This document shows, one piece after another, positions 39,511-48,560 of a stretch of DNA of 64,000 nt (the first letter of the stretch is position 1; every line of letters begins with the position of its first letter). The DNA is taken from the NCBI GenBank assembly GCA_965248365.1, contig CBDFJA010000002.1, positions 892,659 to 956,658 of the forward strand, given 5' to 3'. The DNA comes from Bryobacterales bacterium (GTDB taxonomy: Bacteria; Acidobacteriota; Terriglobia; Bryobacterales; UBA6623). The position numbers were made by a program, and so were the translations under genes. The notes beneath the pieces were generated by a model. It ran no database searches and had not been told where the DNA came from. It worked only from the letters and a program-made list of their open reading frames with translations.

Positions 39511-40563
39511 GACCTACTACCGGTGGCGCAAGGAGTACGGAGGGCTTCGACTGAATCAGGCCAAGCGGTTGAAGGTGTTGGAGAAGGAGAATGCCCGGTT
39601 GAAGAAGCTAGTGGCAGATCTGTCTTTGGACAAGCAGATCCTAAAGGAAGTTTCCTCGGGAAACTTCTAGGCCCGACGAAGAGGAGACGCGCAGTGGTGT
39701 GGGTGAGGGAGAGATTGGGAGCAGAGCGCGTCTCCGAACGTCGGGCCTGCCAAGTGCTGGGACAGGCTCGATCGACCCAGCGAAGGGAAAGGCATATCCC
39801 CGATGAGGAGGCTCGATTGGTGGCTGAGATGGTGGAGTTGGCCACGCACTACGGGCGATACGGCTACCGACGGATCACGGCCATGCTTCGTTGGGAAGGG
39901 TGGAAAGTGAATCACAAGCGGGTGGAGAGGTTGTGGAGACAGGAGGGGCTGAAAGTCCCGTCCAGACAGCCGAAACGAAGGAGACTGTGGCTTCATGATG
40001 GATCCTGCGTTCGGTTACGAGCGGCTCACAAGGATCACGTCTGGAGCTATGACTTCGTGCATGAGCGAACCCATGACGGAAGGGCCTTTCGATTATTAAC
40101 CCTACTGGATGAATACACCCGGGAGTGTCTGGCCATTGAGGTCCAACGACAGATGAATCACCAGGACGTGTTGGATCGATTGGCGGAGTTGTTCGTGGAT
40201 CGGGGAGTGCCTGAATACATTCGGTCCGATAACGGGTCAGAGTTTACGGCTCAGGCGGTTCGGGACTGGCTGAAGGCTGTTGGGGTGAGGACCTTATACG
40301 TCGAGCCCGGCAGCCCCTGGGAGAATGGATATGTGGAGAGCTTCAACGGAAAACTGCGGGATGAACTGCTGAACGTAGAAGTCTTCGACACGTTGTGGGA
40401 GGCGAAGGTGTTGGCCGAGAGATGGCGCAGGGAGTACAACCAGCGACGGCCTCACAGCGCCTTGGCCTATCGGCCGCCGGCGCCGGAGGCCAGATTACCC
40501 AGGTCCCAGGACCAGAGTTCTATACCATGGAGTGGACTTCAAATGGTCCCAGGTCTAACTTAG
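39511..40563 (+). CDS. Outer IS3 orfA 3' part plus orfB transposase
   Basis: TYYRWRKEYGG..LEKENARLKKLVADLSLD; WSYDFV, IRSDNGSEF, PWENGYVESFNGKLRDE. Confidence 0.93.
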   Translation, partial: DLLPVAQGVRRASTESGQAVEGVGEGECPVEEASGRSVFGQADPKGSFLGKLLGPTKRRRAVVWVRERLGAERVSERRACQVLGQARSTQRRERHIPDEEARLVAEMVELATHYGRYGYRRITAMLRWEGWKVNHKRVERLWRQEGLKVPSRQPKRRRLWLHDGSCVRLRAAHKDHVWSYDFVHERTHDGRAFRLLTLLDEYTRECLAIEVQRQMNHQDVLDRLAELFVDRGVPEYIRSDNGSEFTAQAVRDWLKAVGVRTLYVEPGSPWENGYVESFNGKLRDELLNVEVFDTLWEAKVLAERWRREYNQRRPHSALAYRPPAPEARLPRSQDQSSIPWSGLQMVPGLT

Positions 40564-40592
40564 AGAGTGGACTCGTTCCTGGGGGCAGGTCA

Positions 40593-40625
40593 GTCTTTCT
40601 TGAGAAGGTGCAGTGCTTGTTTCAT
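40593..40625 (-). pseudogene. First 11 codons ([11 protein letters not shown]) of a probable ABC permease gene truncated by the IS end
   Basis: ATGA overlap with the ATPase stop; sequence ends exactly at the IS terminal CA. Confidence 0.65.
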
Positions 40626-41535
40626 GCTCCGACATCCTTTCCCGGGCCTACGCTGGCCAGTGAGAGGAAGATCTTTCTCAACGACATCGGCGAGAAGGAA
40701 ACTTTGGCATCGGCTGGGAAAAACTCCCCTATCGTGTTCGCGCTGGATTCGTTGCTGTAGCGGCTGTCGACAAATCTCACGACCCTCCCCTCCGCTCGCG
40801 GCAGGAGCCAGGCGGCCGGCCGGATGTCCGGTATCGCCGCCGGCCTTCCAAGAATCGCCTCGATCTCGCGAAACCGCTCCTGAAGCGTGCTTAGCTGCTC
40901 CGAGAGAACCAAACGTCCCTGGCGAATAAATCCAACCCGGTCAGCGAGGTTTTCAATCTCCGAGATGTCATGGGAAGAGACAAAGATCGTCCACTCGCCC
41001 TCGCCCGCCAATTCGAGCATCGCGTACACCAACTCGTCGCGCACCAGCGGATCCAGCCCGCCGAACGGCTCGTCAAGCACCAGCAAGCGGGGATGGTAGG
41101 CCAGCGCCGCCACCATGGCGATCTTCATCTTCATGCCGCGGGAGAAGGTCTTGATCTTTGACCGAAGGGGCAGGTCAAACTTCTCGATGAGCTGGCGGCA
41201 AAAATCGTCGTCCCAGGAGGGGTAGAAAGGCTTGCAGAAAGACAGCAACTGCTCCGTCGTCATCCAATCCGGCAACTTCTGGTTCTCCGAGACATAGCCT
41301 ATGCGCGCAAGATCCGCCGGCCGCAGCCTCCTCGAATCGGTCCCCAGTGCGGCTGTCCGGCCCGCGGCAGGCCGCAGGATGTTCTCAGAACCTTGATCGT
41401 CGTTGTCTTGCCCGCCCCATTGGGACCGAGGAATGCGTAAATGCTCCCTTCCGGGACCTCTAGGCTGAGATCGCGCACTGCTTCTGTACGACCGAATCGT
41501 CGAAAGAGCCGCTCGGTCTCGATGGCATTCTTCAT
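40622..41535 (-). CDS. YtrB-like ABC ATP-binding protein, frameshifted at ~41385
   Basis: Walker [10 protein letters not shown] in ORF 41299..41535; FSRGMKMK and [10 protein letters not shown] in ORF 40622..41734. Confidence 0.85.
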
Positions 41536-41963
41536 ACCTCCTCCTTGACCGACTCGCCCCTGGGCCTTGGGCTTTTGTCCGCGCCGGCGGACAATCTCCG
41601 CCAGTGCTGTTCCAAGGCCTCAAAGATCTCTTCCAAGCCCAACGAGAGACGTTTCGCTTCCACGAGGACCCGTTCCAAGTCATCCTCGAGCAACGCAGTT
41701 CGTTCTTTCGCGGACGGCAGCGGCACCTTGGCAACGACAGTGCCGATCCCCGGTAGGACCTGGAGCAGGCCTTCCCCCACCAGCTCAGCCACTACCTTGT
41801 GAGCGGTATTCGGGTTGATCTTTAGGGCTTGGCTGAGATCCCTCACCGAAGGAAACTTCTCGCCAGGACGCAACTGCCCGCTGACGACGCTCTTCTTGGC
41901 GGCGTAGACAACTTGGCGATAGGCGGAAATCCCAGGCTCGAACTCGACTGTGAAGGGCAACAT
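41532..41963 (-). CDS. GntR/YtrA-family transcriptional regulator
   Basis: [35 protein letters not shown]. Confidence 0.93.
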   Translation of the reverse strand: MLPFTVEFEPGISAYRQVVYAAKKSVVSGQLRPGEKFPSVRDLSQALKINPNTAHKVVAELVGEGLLQVLPGIGTVVAKVPLPSAKERTALLEDDLERVLVEAKRLSLGLEEIFEALEQHWRRLSAGADKSPRPRGESVKEEV

Positions 41964-41967
41964 TTAG

Positions 41968-42006
41968 TATACTATCTATATTAGTACACATAGAATAGCT
42001 GGTCAA
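41968..42006 (-). promoter_or_regulatory. Promoter (TTGACC-17-TAATAT) overlapped by a 21-bp YtrA-type operator palindrome
   Basis: Minus strand TGTACTAATATATAGAGTATA (41968-41988) in an AT-rich patch directly before the GntR start. Confidence 0.65.
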
Positions 42007-42027
42007 GCGATCCACTCGCGCGCTTTC

Positions 42028-43719
42028 TCAGGCAAAATAGATCATCATCCACAGAGCCAGCCCGCAGAGCAGCCAGGCCCATGGTCGCTCGCTGCGCCAG
42101 AAGGGCCGCGCCGGTTCGCCGGCTGGATCCGAACGATAGGCCCACCAGGTGTAGCGGTCCGTACCTTCGCCGCGTCGAGTGAGTAGGCTGGCGACAAGGA
42201 TTAACGCGGTGCCGAACAAAGTGGTCAGGGCCACTCGGTGCAGAAAATTCAGCTCTGCTCCGAACGCAAGCTGCACCCATTCGGCGATGCGGGTCGGATC
42301 AACCATCCAACGGTTGTAGGCCCAGCCAATGAACACGGAGAAAAACGGGCAAACGGAGATGGTCAGGAAACCGCCGATCGGGGTCGCTCCCCGCCATAGC
42401 GCCCCCCACAGAAATGCGAGCAGCACCCCGGGCAGGAGGTGTGAAGATTGATCGGCCAGACGTAGAAAGAAATTATCGCCCTCCGTCTCCGTGTAAGTGA
42501 CGGCGGCTAGCCACCCGGAAACGATGACCAAGACGACAATACAAATCCGGCCGACAAGCAGTAATTCTCGTTCGCCGGCCTCGCGCCGAATGTATCGTTT
42601 GTAGAAGTCGAAAGTGACGATGGTCGCACCCGAGTTCATCATCGAGTCAAGGCTGGAAAGAATGGCGCCGATCAGCCCCGCCGTGATAAGGCCGGTCAGG
42701 CCGTACCCGGCGGGCACGACGAGGCGAACCAGCAGTGGAAAGGCGTCGTCGGGCTGAGGGAGGGTCGCCAGCGCTCCCGAGGCAACCCTGGCACGAAAGA
42801 GGTGGCCGGCCGCGATCCCTCCGGCAATGGCGAAGAAGGGGATGAGCAACTTGAGGTAGCCCGCCGCCACGATTCCCATCCGCGCATCGAAGTTGCTGCG
42901 CGCCGCCAACGCGCGCTGCACGATGAACTGATTCGTCCCCCAATAGAAGAAGTGCAGGATCATCAAGCCCGTCAAAACGCCGGTCCACGGAAGTTCCGGA
43001 TGATTCGCCGGCAAGTAAAGGTGGAATTTTTGTTCGGCGATCGGCAAGGACGCATCCTTGGCCATCAACCCGCTCAGTCCGCCGATTTCCGGTTGAGCGA
43101 AGACGAGGAGCGCGACGAAAATCCCTGCCAGCAGCAAGAGCACCGACTGAATCACGTCGGTCCAGATGACGGCCTTCAATCCCCCGACAATCGTGTAACA
43201 GGCGGTGACCAGCGCGAAGATGATTATGCCTGTCGTATAGCTGACTTCCAGGGGCGTCCCGCGCAACAGAAAAAGCATGGACCGCGAACCGATGTAGAAG
43301 CCAATGACCATATGGATCAGAGCGATGAAGATCAGCATGATAATGGCGTACATTACCCGGCTCTTCTCGTCATAGCGGCGACCCAGGTATTCCGACAAGG
43401 TGTAAATCCCCATGCGGCGGTACAGCGGCAGGAAGACATAGCACAGCAGCATCAGCGCGGCGATCGCGCCGAGTTCAAAGTGCGACTGGGCGAAGCCGAT
43501 CGAATAGCCGATGCCCATCATCCCCACCAGGTGGTTGGCGCTCACGTTCGTGCCGAAGATCGAGCCGGCTACGCCCCACCAGGGCACCCCGCGCCCGGCC
43601 AGGAAGAAGTCTTCCGTATCCTTCTCCTTGCGGCCGGTCCACAGACCCACGCCCATGATCAACGCGATGCTTGTCAGAAAAATGCCTATGTCCAGTGGCG
43701 TCAGTGCGACGTGTGTCAT
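42028..43719 (-). CDS. Sodium:solute symporter (SSS family)
   Basis: DFFLAGR, GGLKAVIWTDVIQ, YWGTNQFIVQRALAAR, SSLDSMMNS. Confidence 0.93.
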   Translation of the reverse strand: MTHVALTPLDIGIFLTSIALIMGVGLWTGRKEKDTEDFFLAGRGVPWWGVAGSIFGTNVSANHLVGMMGIGYSIGFAQSHFELGAIAALMLLCYVFLPLYRRMGIYTLSEYLGRRYDEKSRVMYAIIMLIFIALIHMVIGFYIGSRSMLFLLRGTPLEVSYTTGIIIFALVTACYTIVGGLKAVIWTDVIQSVLLLLAGIFVALLVFAQPEIGGLSGLMAKDASLPIAEQKFHLYLPANHPELPWTGVLTGLMILHFFYWGTNQFIVQRALAARSNFDARMGIVAAGYLKLLIPFFAIAGGIAAGHLFRARVASGALATLPQPDDAFPLLVRLVVPAGYGLTGLITAGLIGAILSSLDSMMNSGATIVTFDFYKRYIRREAGERELLLVGRICIVVLVIVSGWLAAVTYTETEGDNFFLRLADQSSHLLPGVLLAFLWGALWRGATPIGGFLTISVCPFFSVFIGWAYNRWMVDPTRIAEWVQLAFGAELNFLHRVALTTLFGTALILVASLLTRRGEGTDRYTWWAYRSDPAGEPARPFWRSERPWAWLLCGLALWMMIYFA

Positions 43720-44094
43720 GCTCTCTTCTCCTTCGGCTCTAGAAGGGATTCTGCCCGCTTTCCGGCCACGCGTTGGTGTCGGCGGCAGGGGCGTTCCGGC
43801 GCCCGGGTTGCGGGCGGGCGTGTCCTCTGTGAGCCAGGCGCTGGGTCAGCGGACTGCCAACCGTACTTTACCGAACTACCGGTAGCCCGCGGTACAAGTT
43901 AGGTGGAAGAAACAGGGGGACTGTCAACGATCCGACGCGGGCCGGCGAAAAGCCGCCGGTGTGGAAACGGCGCCAGCCCGGCGCTACGTGACTTGGTGAA
44001 GGCAGCCTGACAGAGCAGCGGGCGTGAGCCCGCGGGCCCGCGCCCTGACGGGCACGGCTCTGTCCGGTTCTCGCCGCCGTTCCTTATCCGCGCG

Positions 44095-46686
44095 CTAATC
44101 CGTATACACAAACTCATTCATATTGAGAATGACGCGACATAGCTGGACGAGCGGCTGCTTTTCCGCTTCCCAATGGGCGCGTCTGGGGTCCGTGGCGGCG
44201 CCGGGGCCGGGGTTGACGCTGGATTTCCCTAAGGCGCTCGATTCGATGGCCGAGCGCTCGGCTTCCAGGCGCAGGAACGCGAGCAGAGATTTCCGCTCGT
44301 CCTCGGTCGGCGGTCTGGCGAATGCGAGCCGATAGGCGCGTTCGATTTGATCGCCCCGATCGGGCCCCGCCTCCCTCATCAGCCGCTCGGCCAGGTGGCG
44401 TGCCTGGCGGTTCACGAACTCGCCGTTGAAGAGCGTCAACGCTTGGGTTGGGACGGCGGTGTTGATGCGCTCGGCCGAGGACTTCGTTGTATCGCACAGA
44501 TCGAGCACTTCGAGCAGGGGCACGATCATCGAACGTTTCACGAAAGCGTAGATCGTGCGGCGGGAAGCGTCGGTCTCGTCAAAGGTCCTCCAGATTTTGT
44601 CGGGATCGCTCGACCCCTCGAGCGCGGCTCGAGGAACGTAGGGGTACATGCTGGGGCCGTACATTTGAGAATTGAGGCGTCCGCTGACGGCGAGCATTGA
44701 ATCGCGGATCGCCTCCACCTCGAGCCGGCGATAAGGGACGCGCCAAAACAGCCGATTCCCAGGATCCTCGGCCCCGTAGGCCGGGTTCCATTCCTTGCTC
44801 ATCCGATAGGTTTCGCTTGTCATGATGAGCTGGTGGAGTTTCTTGAGCGACCAGCCGTGATCGACAAATCGGCTCGCCAGCCAGTCGAGGAGTTGGGGGT
44901 GGGTCGGCGGCTCGCCCATCAGACCGAAGTCGCTGGGTGTTCGGACGATTCCTTCGCCGAAGTGAAACTGCCAGACGCGGTTCACGATCACTCGCGCTGT
45001 CAGAGGATTGTCGGGGCCAGCGATCCACCGAGCCAGGGCCAAGCGGCGAAGGCTGGTGCGGTTAGATTCCGCCCAGTCGGGGAATGGCGGTGCGCTATGC
45101 GAAAACACGGCAGGGAGGGCCGGCGGCACCTCCGGCCCGGGATTGGCCGCCTTACCGCGAATCAGAAGGAACGCCGGCGAAGGCTTGGTCGGCGGTTCAT
45201 GCAAGATGTAGGCAAGGTCCCAGCTTGGCGTTCGCTCACGAAGCTCGCAAATCTCCTCTTCGAGATCCAGGACCGCGCCCCCGGCACCGGACGGCATCGC
45301 ATCCCGAACCTCGGCGGCGAGCGTTTCGGAAAACTCCCTGACCAGCGACTGCTGGACCTGATCCTGCTCGACTTGGGGTGTCTGAAACGCCTTCACGGCT
45401 TTAGCGGGCAGGCTACTCCGGCCGGTCGCAAGAAGCTCGGCTTGGACCCTGTCGCGGATGGCCGCGATCCTCCGCTCAAGGGCCTCGATTTTCCGGTCGC
45501 GCGCGTCGTAAGCATCCAGTTCAGGCCGCCCCCCGATGGGGCGGAGCAGCTCCGTGCGTCCCTTTCGCGGGCGTGTGAGTGGGTCGAAGCTCGCCGCCAT
45601 GCTGTAGTAATCGCGCGCGGTGAAGGGTTCGAACTTGTGGTTATGGCAGCGGGCGCAGCCGATCGTCTGAGCGAGAAACACTTCCGAGATCGTGCGCACC
45701 AAGTCATCGAGCTGGTCGTAGCGATCGGTGAGCGGGTCGGCGGGCTCGTCATCCCAGGGCCCAAGCCGATGAAAGCCGGTGGCGATGAGGGTTTCCGGTG
45801 AGACGTCGGGAAGCTCATCCCCGGCAATCTGCTCGATCGCGAACCGATCGAACGGCTTGTCCTGATTCAAGGACCGGATCACGTAGTCGCGGTAGCGCCA
45901 GACGTTGGGCTTGATCGGATCGCGCTCATAGCCGTTCGTTTCCGCGTAGCGCGCGAGGTCCAGCCAGTGACGGGCCCATCGTTCGCCGTAGGTCCGGCGC
46001 GAGAGAAGATCGTCGATCACCCGATCGAGCGATTCGGGAGTGGGATCTCGAAGGAACGCTTCCTGTTCGTCAAGGCTCGGAGGCAACCCGGTCAGATCCA
46101 GGTGAACGCGGCGCAATAACTGATAGGGGCGCGCGGGCGGCGACGGCTTCCAACCGCGGGCTTCGAGCTTCGTAAGAATGAACGCATCAATCGGATTGCG
46201 TACCCGGCGGGCCAAGGCCGGGTCTTTGATCACCGGAGGGGAAGGCTTGGTGCGCGGCTGGAAGGCCCAGTGGTCCCGAGCCTGTTCGAACTTCGACTCG
46301 TGGCCCGCGGTCTCGGCCCCCTCCTCCTCGGGCCACGGGGTGCCTTCGTCGATCCAGTTGCGGATCTGCTCGATCTGCTCGCCGGTCAAGCGTGGTCCGA
46401 CGGGCGGCATCAGAATCTTGCCGTCGAGACCCGCTACATACCTATAGAGAAGGCTGCCGCCGCTGTCTCCGGGGACGATAGCGGGCACGCCCGACCCGCC
46501 GCCGCGAAATGCGTGTTCCCTGCTCTCCAGGCGAAACTCGCTTTGTGCCGCCGCACCACGGTGGCAGACGTAACAGCGCTGTTCGAAAATCGGCCGAATA
46601 TCCCGGTCGAAATCCGTCACGGCGGCGCTCGCTGGGAGCGGCGCGAGCAGCACCCCGAAAACTGCGTGTAGCGAACCCTTACCCAT
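44095..46686 (-). CDS. PSD1/planctomycete cytochrome c protein (PSCyt1 + DUF1549 + DUF1553)
   Basis: CYVCH and CARCH heme motifs; HWAFQP, GERWARHWLDLARY, ARVIVNRVWQ, PTQALTLFN. Confidence 0.92.
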   Translation of the reverse strand: MGKGSLHAVFGVLLAPLPASAAVTDFDRDIRPIFEQRCYVCHRGAAAQSEFRLESREHAFRGGGSGVPAIVPGDSGGSLLYRYVAGLDGKILMPPVGPRLTGEQIEQIRNWIDEGTPWPEEEGAETAGHESKFEQARDHWAFQPRTKPSPPVIKDPALARRVRNPIDAFILTKLEARGWKPSPPARPYQLLRRVHLDLTGLPPSLDEQEAFLRDPTPESLDRVIDDLLSRRTYGERWARHWLDLARYAETNGYERDPIKPNVWRYRDYVIRSLNQDKPFDRFAIEQIAGDELPDVSPETLIATGFHRLGPWDDEPADPLTDRYDQLDDLVRTISEVFLAQTIGCARCHNHKFEPFTARDYYSMAASFDPLTRPRKGRTELLRPIGGRPELDAYDARDRKIEALERRIAAIRDRVQAELLATGRSSLPAKAVKAFQTPQVEQDQVQQSLVREFSETLAAEVRDAMPSGAGGAVLDLEEEICELRERTPSWDLAYILHEPPTKPSPAFLLIRGKAANPGPEVPPALPAVFSHSAPPFPDWAESNRTSLRRLALARWIAGPDNPLTARVIVNRVWQFHFGEGIVRTPSDFGLMGEPPTHPQLLDWLASRFVDHGWSLKKLHQLIMTSETYRMSKEWNPAYGAEDPGNRLFWRVPYRRLEVEAIRDSMLAVSGRLNSQMYGPSMYPYVPRAALEGSSDPDKIWRTFDETDASRRTIYAFVKRSMIVPLLEVLDLCDTTKSSAERINTAVPTQALTLFNGEFVNRQARHLAERLMREAGPDRGDQIERAYRLAFARPPTEDERKSLLAFLRLEAERSAIESSALGKSSVNPGPGAATDPRRAHWEAEKQPLVQLCRVILNMNEFVYTD

Positions 46687-46756
46687 CTCTCATCCAGCCC
46701 AAAGGCGGTGGTCCTCCTCTGGGACAGTCTAATCTTACACGACCTGCTCGAACTGG

Positions 46757-47168
46757 CTTAGCAGCCCCTGGGGAAAGTCCTTCTCCTCAAAAATATGGTG
46801 ACAGGACGGTGTGAAAGGATCACCTCAGCCTCGGATTCGTGTTCCCGAGCGCGATGGCAACCTTAGCCGCGGGTTTGTGCCCGCGGCTCTGCTTGACCCG
46901 GTTGGGCCGGCTTTGAGGACGAGAATGCCTAAACTGAGTCGCGGCCCGAAAAGAGTGCCGTCGAGGCCGTGGCCGTTAGGCCGCGGGCAAGCGCCGTCGC
47001 GGTCTGCCGACCACGGAGCGCTGTGTACAATGGAATTACTTCACCCAGCCCGTGGTCAGAGCGGGTTGGGGCAAGAAATGCAGCCGCGGTTGACTGTCCC
47101 GACGATTTTTTCACACCGTCCTGTCACCATATTTTTGAGGAGAAGGACTTTCGCCAGGGGCTGCTAAG
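46757..47168. repeat. 60-bp inverted repeats (46757-46816 and 47109-47168, one mismatch) around a 292-bp spacer
   Basis: cttagcagcccctgg(g/c)gaaagtccttctcctcaaaaatatggtgacaggacggtgtgaaa read directly on both strands. Confidence 0.95.
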
Positions 47169-47179
47169 GGCGGATTCGA

Positions 47180-48103
47180 ATGCAAAACGTCGTCATCATT
47201 GGATCGGGCTGCGCGGGGAACACCGCGGCGATTTATGCCGCGAGGGCGAACCTCGAGCCGCTGGTCTTCGAGGGTCTCGAGGCCGGCGGGCAGTTGTCGC
47301 TGACAACCGCCGTCGAAAACTTTCCGGGATTCCCGGACGGAATCATGGGGCCTGACCTGGTCGAGAACATGAAAAAGCAGGCGCAGAAATTCGGCGCCGT
47401 TTTCCGGTCGGGTCAGGTGAGCAAGGCGGATCTCGCACAGCGGCCGTTCAAACTCCAAATCGGCGAGGAAACGGTCGAAACCAAAACGCTGATCGTCGCC
47501 TCGGGAGCCTCGGCCCGCTGGTTGAATCTGGAATCCGAGCAAAAGCTCATCGGACACGGCGTCAGCTCTTGCGCTACCTGCGACGGGTTCTTCTTTCGCG
47601 ACCGGCCGGTTGTGGTCATCGGCGGAGGGGACTCCGCCATGGAAGAATCTACGTTCTTGACGAAATTCGCCTCCGAAGTCACGATCGTGCACCGCCGGGA
47701 TGAATTTCGCGCCTCGAAGATCATGCTCGATCGCGCGCGCAAGAACGAAAAGATCAAGTGGATTACCGGGGCGGTCGTCGAAGAGGTTCAGGACGTCGGG
47801 AAGGGCGAGGTCACCGGCGTTCGTTTGAAGAGCGTGGGTAACGGCAAGAGCTGGGACCATGAGACCGATGCCTTGTTCCTGGCGATTGGCCATATTCCGA
47901 ACACTAAGATTTTTCAGGGCCAGTTGGATCTCGACCAGCAGGGGTACATCATCTCCCAGGGAGGAGCCAAAACGAACGTAGAGGGCTGCTTCCACGCCGG
48001 CGACGTCGAAGATCGCGTCTACCGCCAGGCAATCACGGCGGCCGGGGCCGGTTGCATGGCGGCGATCGAGGCCGAGAGATTCCTCGAAGCGACCAGGGAG
48101 TAG
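47180..48103 (+). CDS. trxB: Thioredoxin-disulfide reductase
   Basis: IIGSGCAG, GGQLSLTTAVENFPGF, CATCDG, GGGDSAMEE, YRQAITAAG. Confidence 0.97.
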   Translation: MQNVVIIGSGCAGNTAAIYAARANLEPLVFEGLEAGGQLSLTTAVENFPGFPDGIMGPDLVENMKKQAQKFGAVFRSGQVSKADLAQRPFKLQIGEETVETKTLIVASGASARWLNLESEQKLIGHGVSSCATCDGFFFRDRPVVVIGGGDSAMEESTFLTKFASEVTIVHRRDEFRASKIMLDRARKNEKIKWITGAVVEEVQDVGKGEVTGVRLKSVGNGKSWDHETDALFLAIGHIPNTKIFQGQLDLDQQGYIISQGGAKTNVEGCFHAGDVEDRVYRQAITAAGAGCMAAIEAERFLEATRE

Positions 48104-48165
48104 CCTGATCGAATGGAACAAGAGTCAAACCTTGGCATGTGATGCACATGCAATATGCTTAGAGC

Positions 48166-48500
48166 ATGTCCAAGATGGTCCAGATTCGTCATGTTCCCGA
48201 CCAGCTGCATCGCAAACTCAAAGCGCGTGCGGCAATGGAAGGCATGTCGCTGTCGGATTACCTGCGGCGAGAGGTTGAACTGATCGGCGAGCGGCCCACG
48301 GTCGCCGAGATGAGGAGCGCCTCGCCAGTCTCACTCCTGTGAACCCTAGTGTTTCTCCGGCCGAAGCGATTCGAGCCGAGCGTGACAGCCGGTGATAGTC
48401 GTCGATGCGTCGGCGGTTCTTGAGGTGCTCCTCAAAACCCCAGAGGCAGCAAAGGTTGTAGAGCGTATCTTCGCACGGGGCGAAACTCTTCAGCCCTACA
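48166..48500 (+). pseudogene. FitA/VapB-like antitoxin (1-nt frameshift) plus truncated VapC PIN toxin
   Basis: MSKMVQIRHVPDQLHRKLKARAAMEGMSLSDYL; GTGA overlap with VIVVDASAVLEVLL, which loses similarity after about 35 aa. Confidence 0.8.
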
Positions 48501-48540
48501 TCCCGGACGGCGGGCATTTGCTTTCACCTCTGCCGGTCGC

Positions 48541-48560
48541 TGGTGAGAAAAGCGGACTAG
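48541..48560 (+). mobile_element. MITE family M right-end remnant
   Basis: tggtgagaaaagcggactag; its CTA is the stop codon of the convergent gene. Confidence 0.6.

Larger units (their letters stand above)
37838..40592 (+). mobile_element. IS3-family (IS407-like) element interrupted by a second IS3
   Basis: IRs TGACCTTGCCCCCTAAAACGAGTCCA / TGGACTCGTTCCTGGGGGCAGGTCA. orfA starts at 37906 and resumes at 39511. GGGAAAC slippery site at 39658. Confidence 0.92.

Noticed and set aside
46811-47167. 118-aa ORF in the inverted-repeat spacer
   Set aside because: No recognisable recombinase or transposase motif; Arg/Pro-rich composition and overlap with the repeat arm suggest it is spurious.
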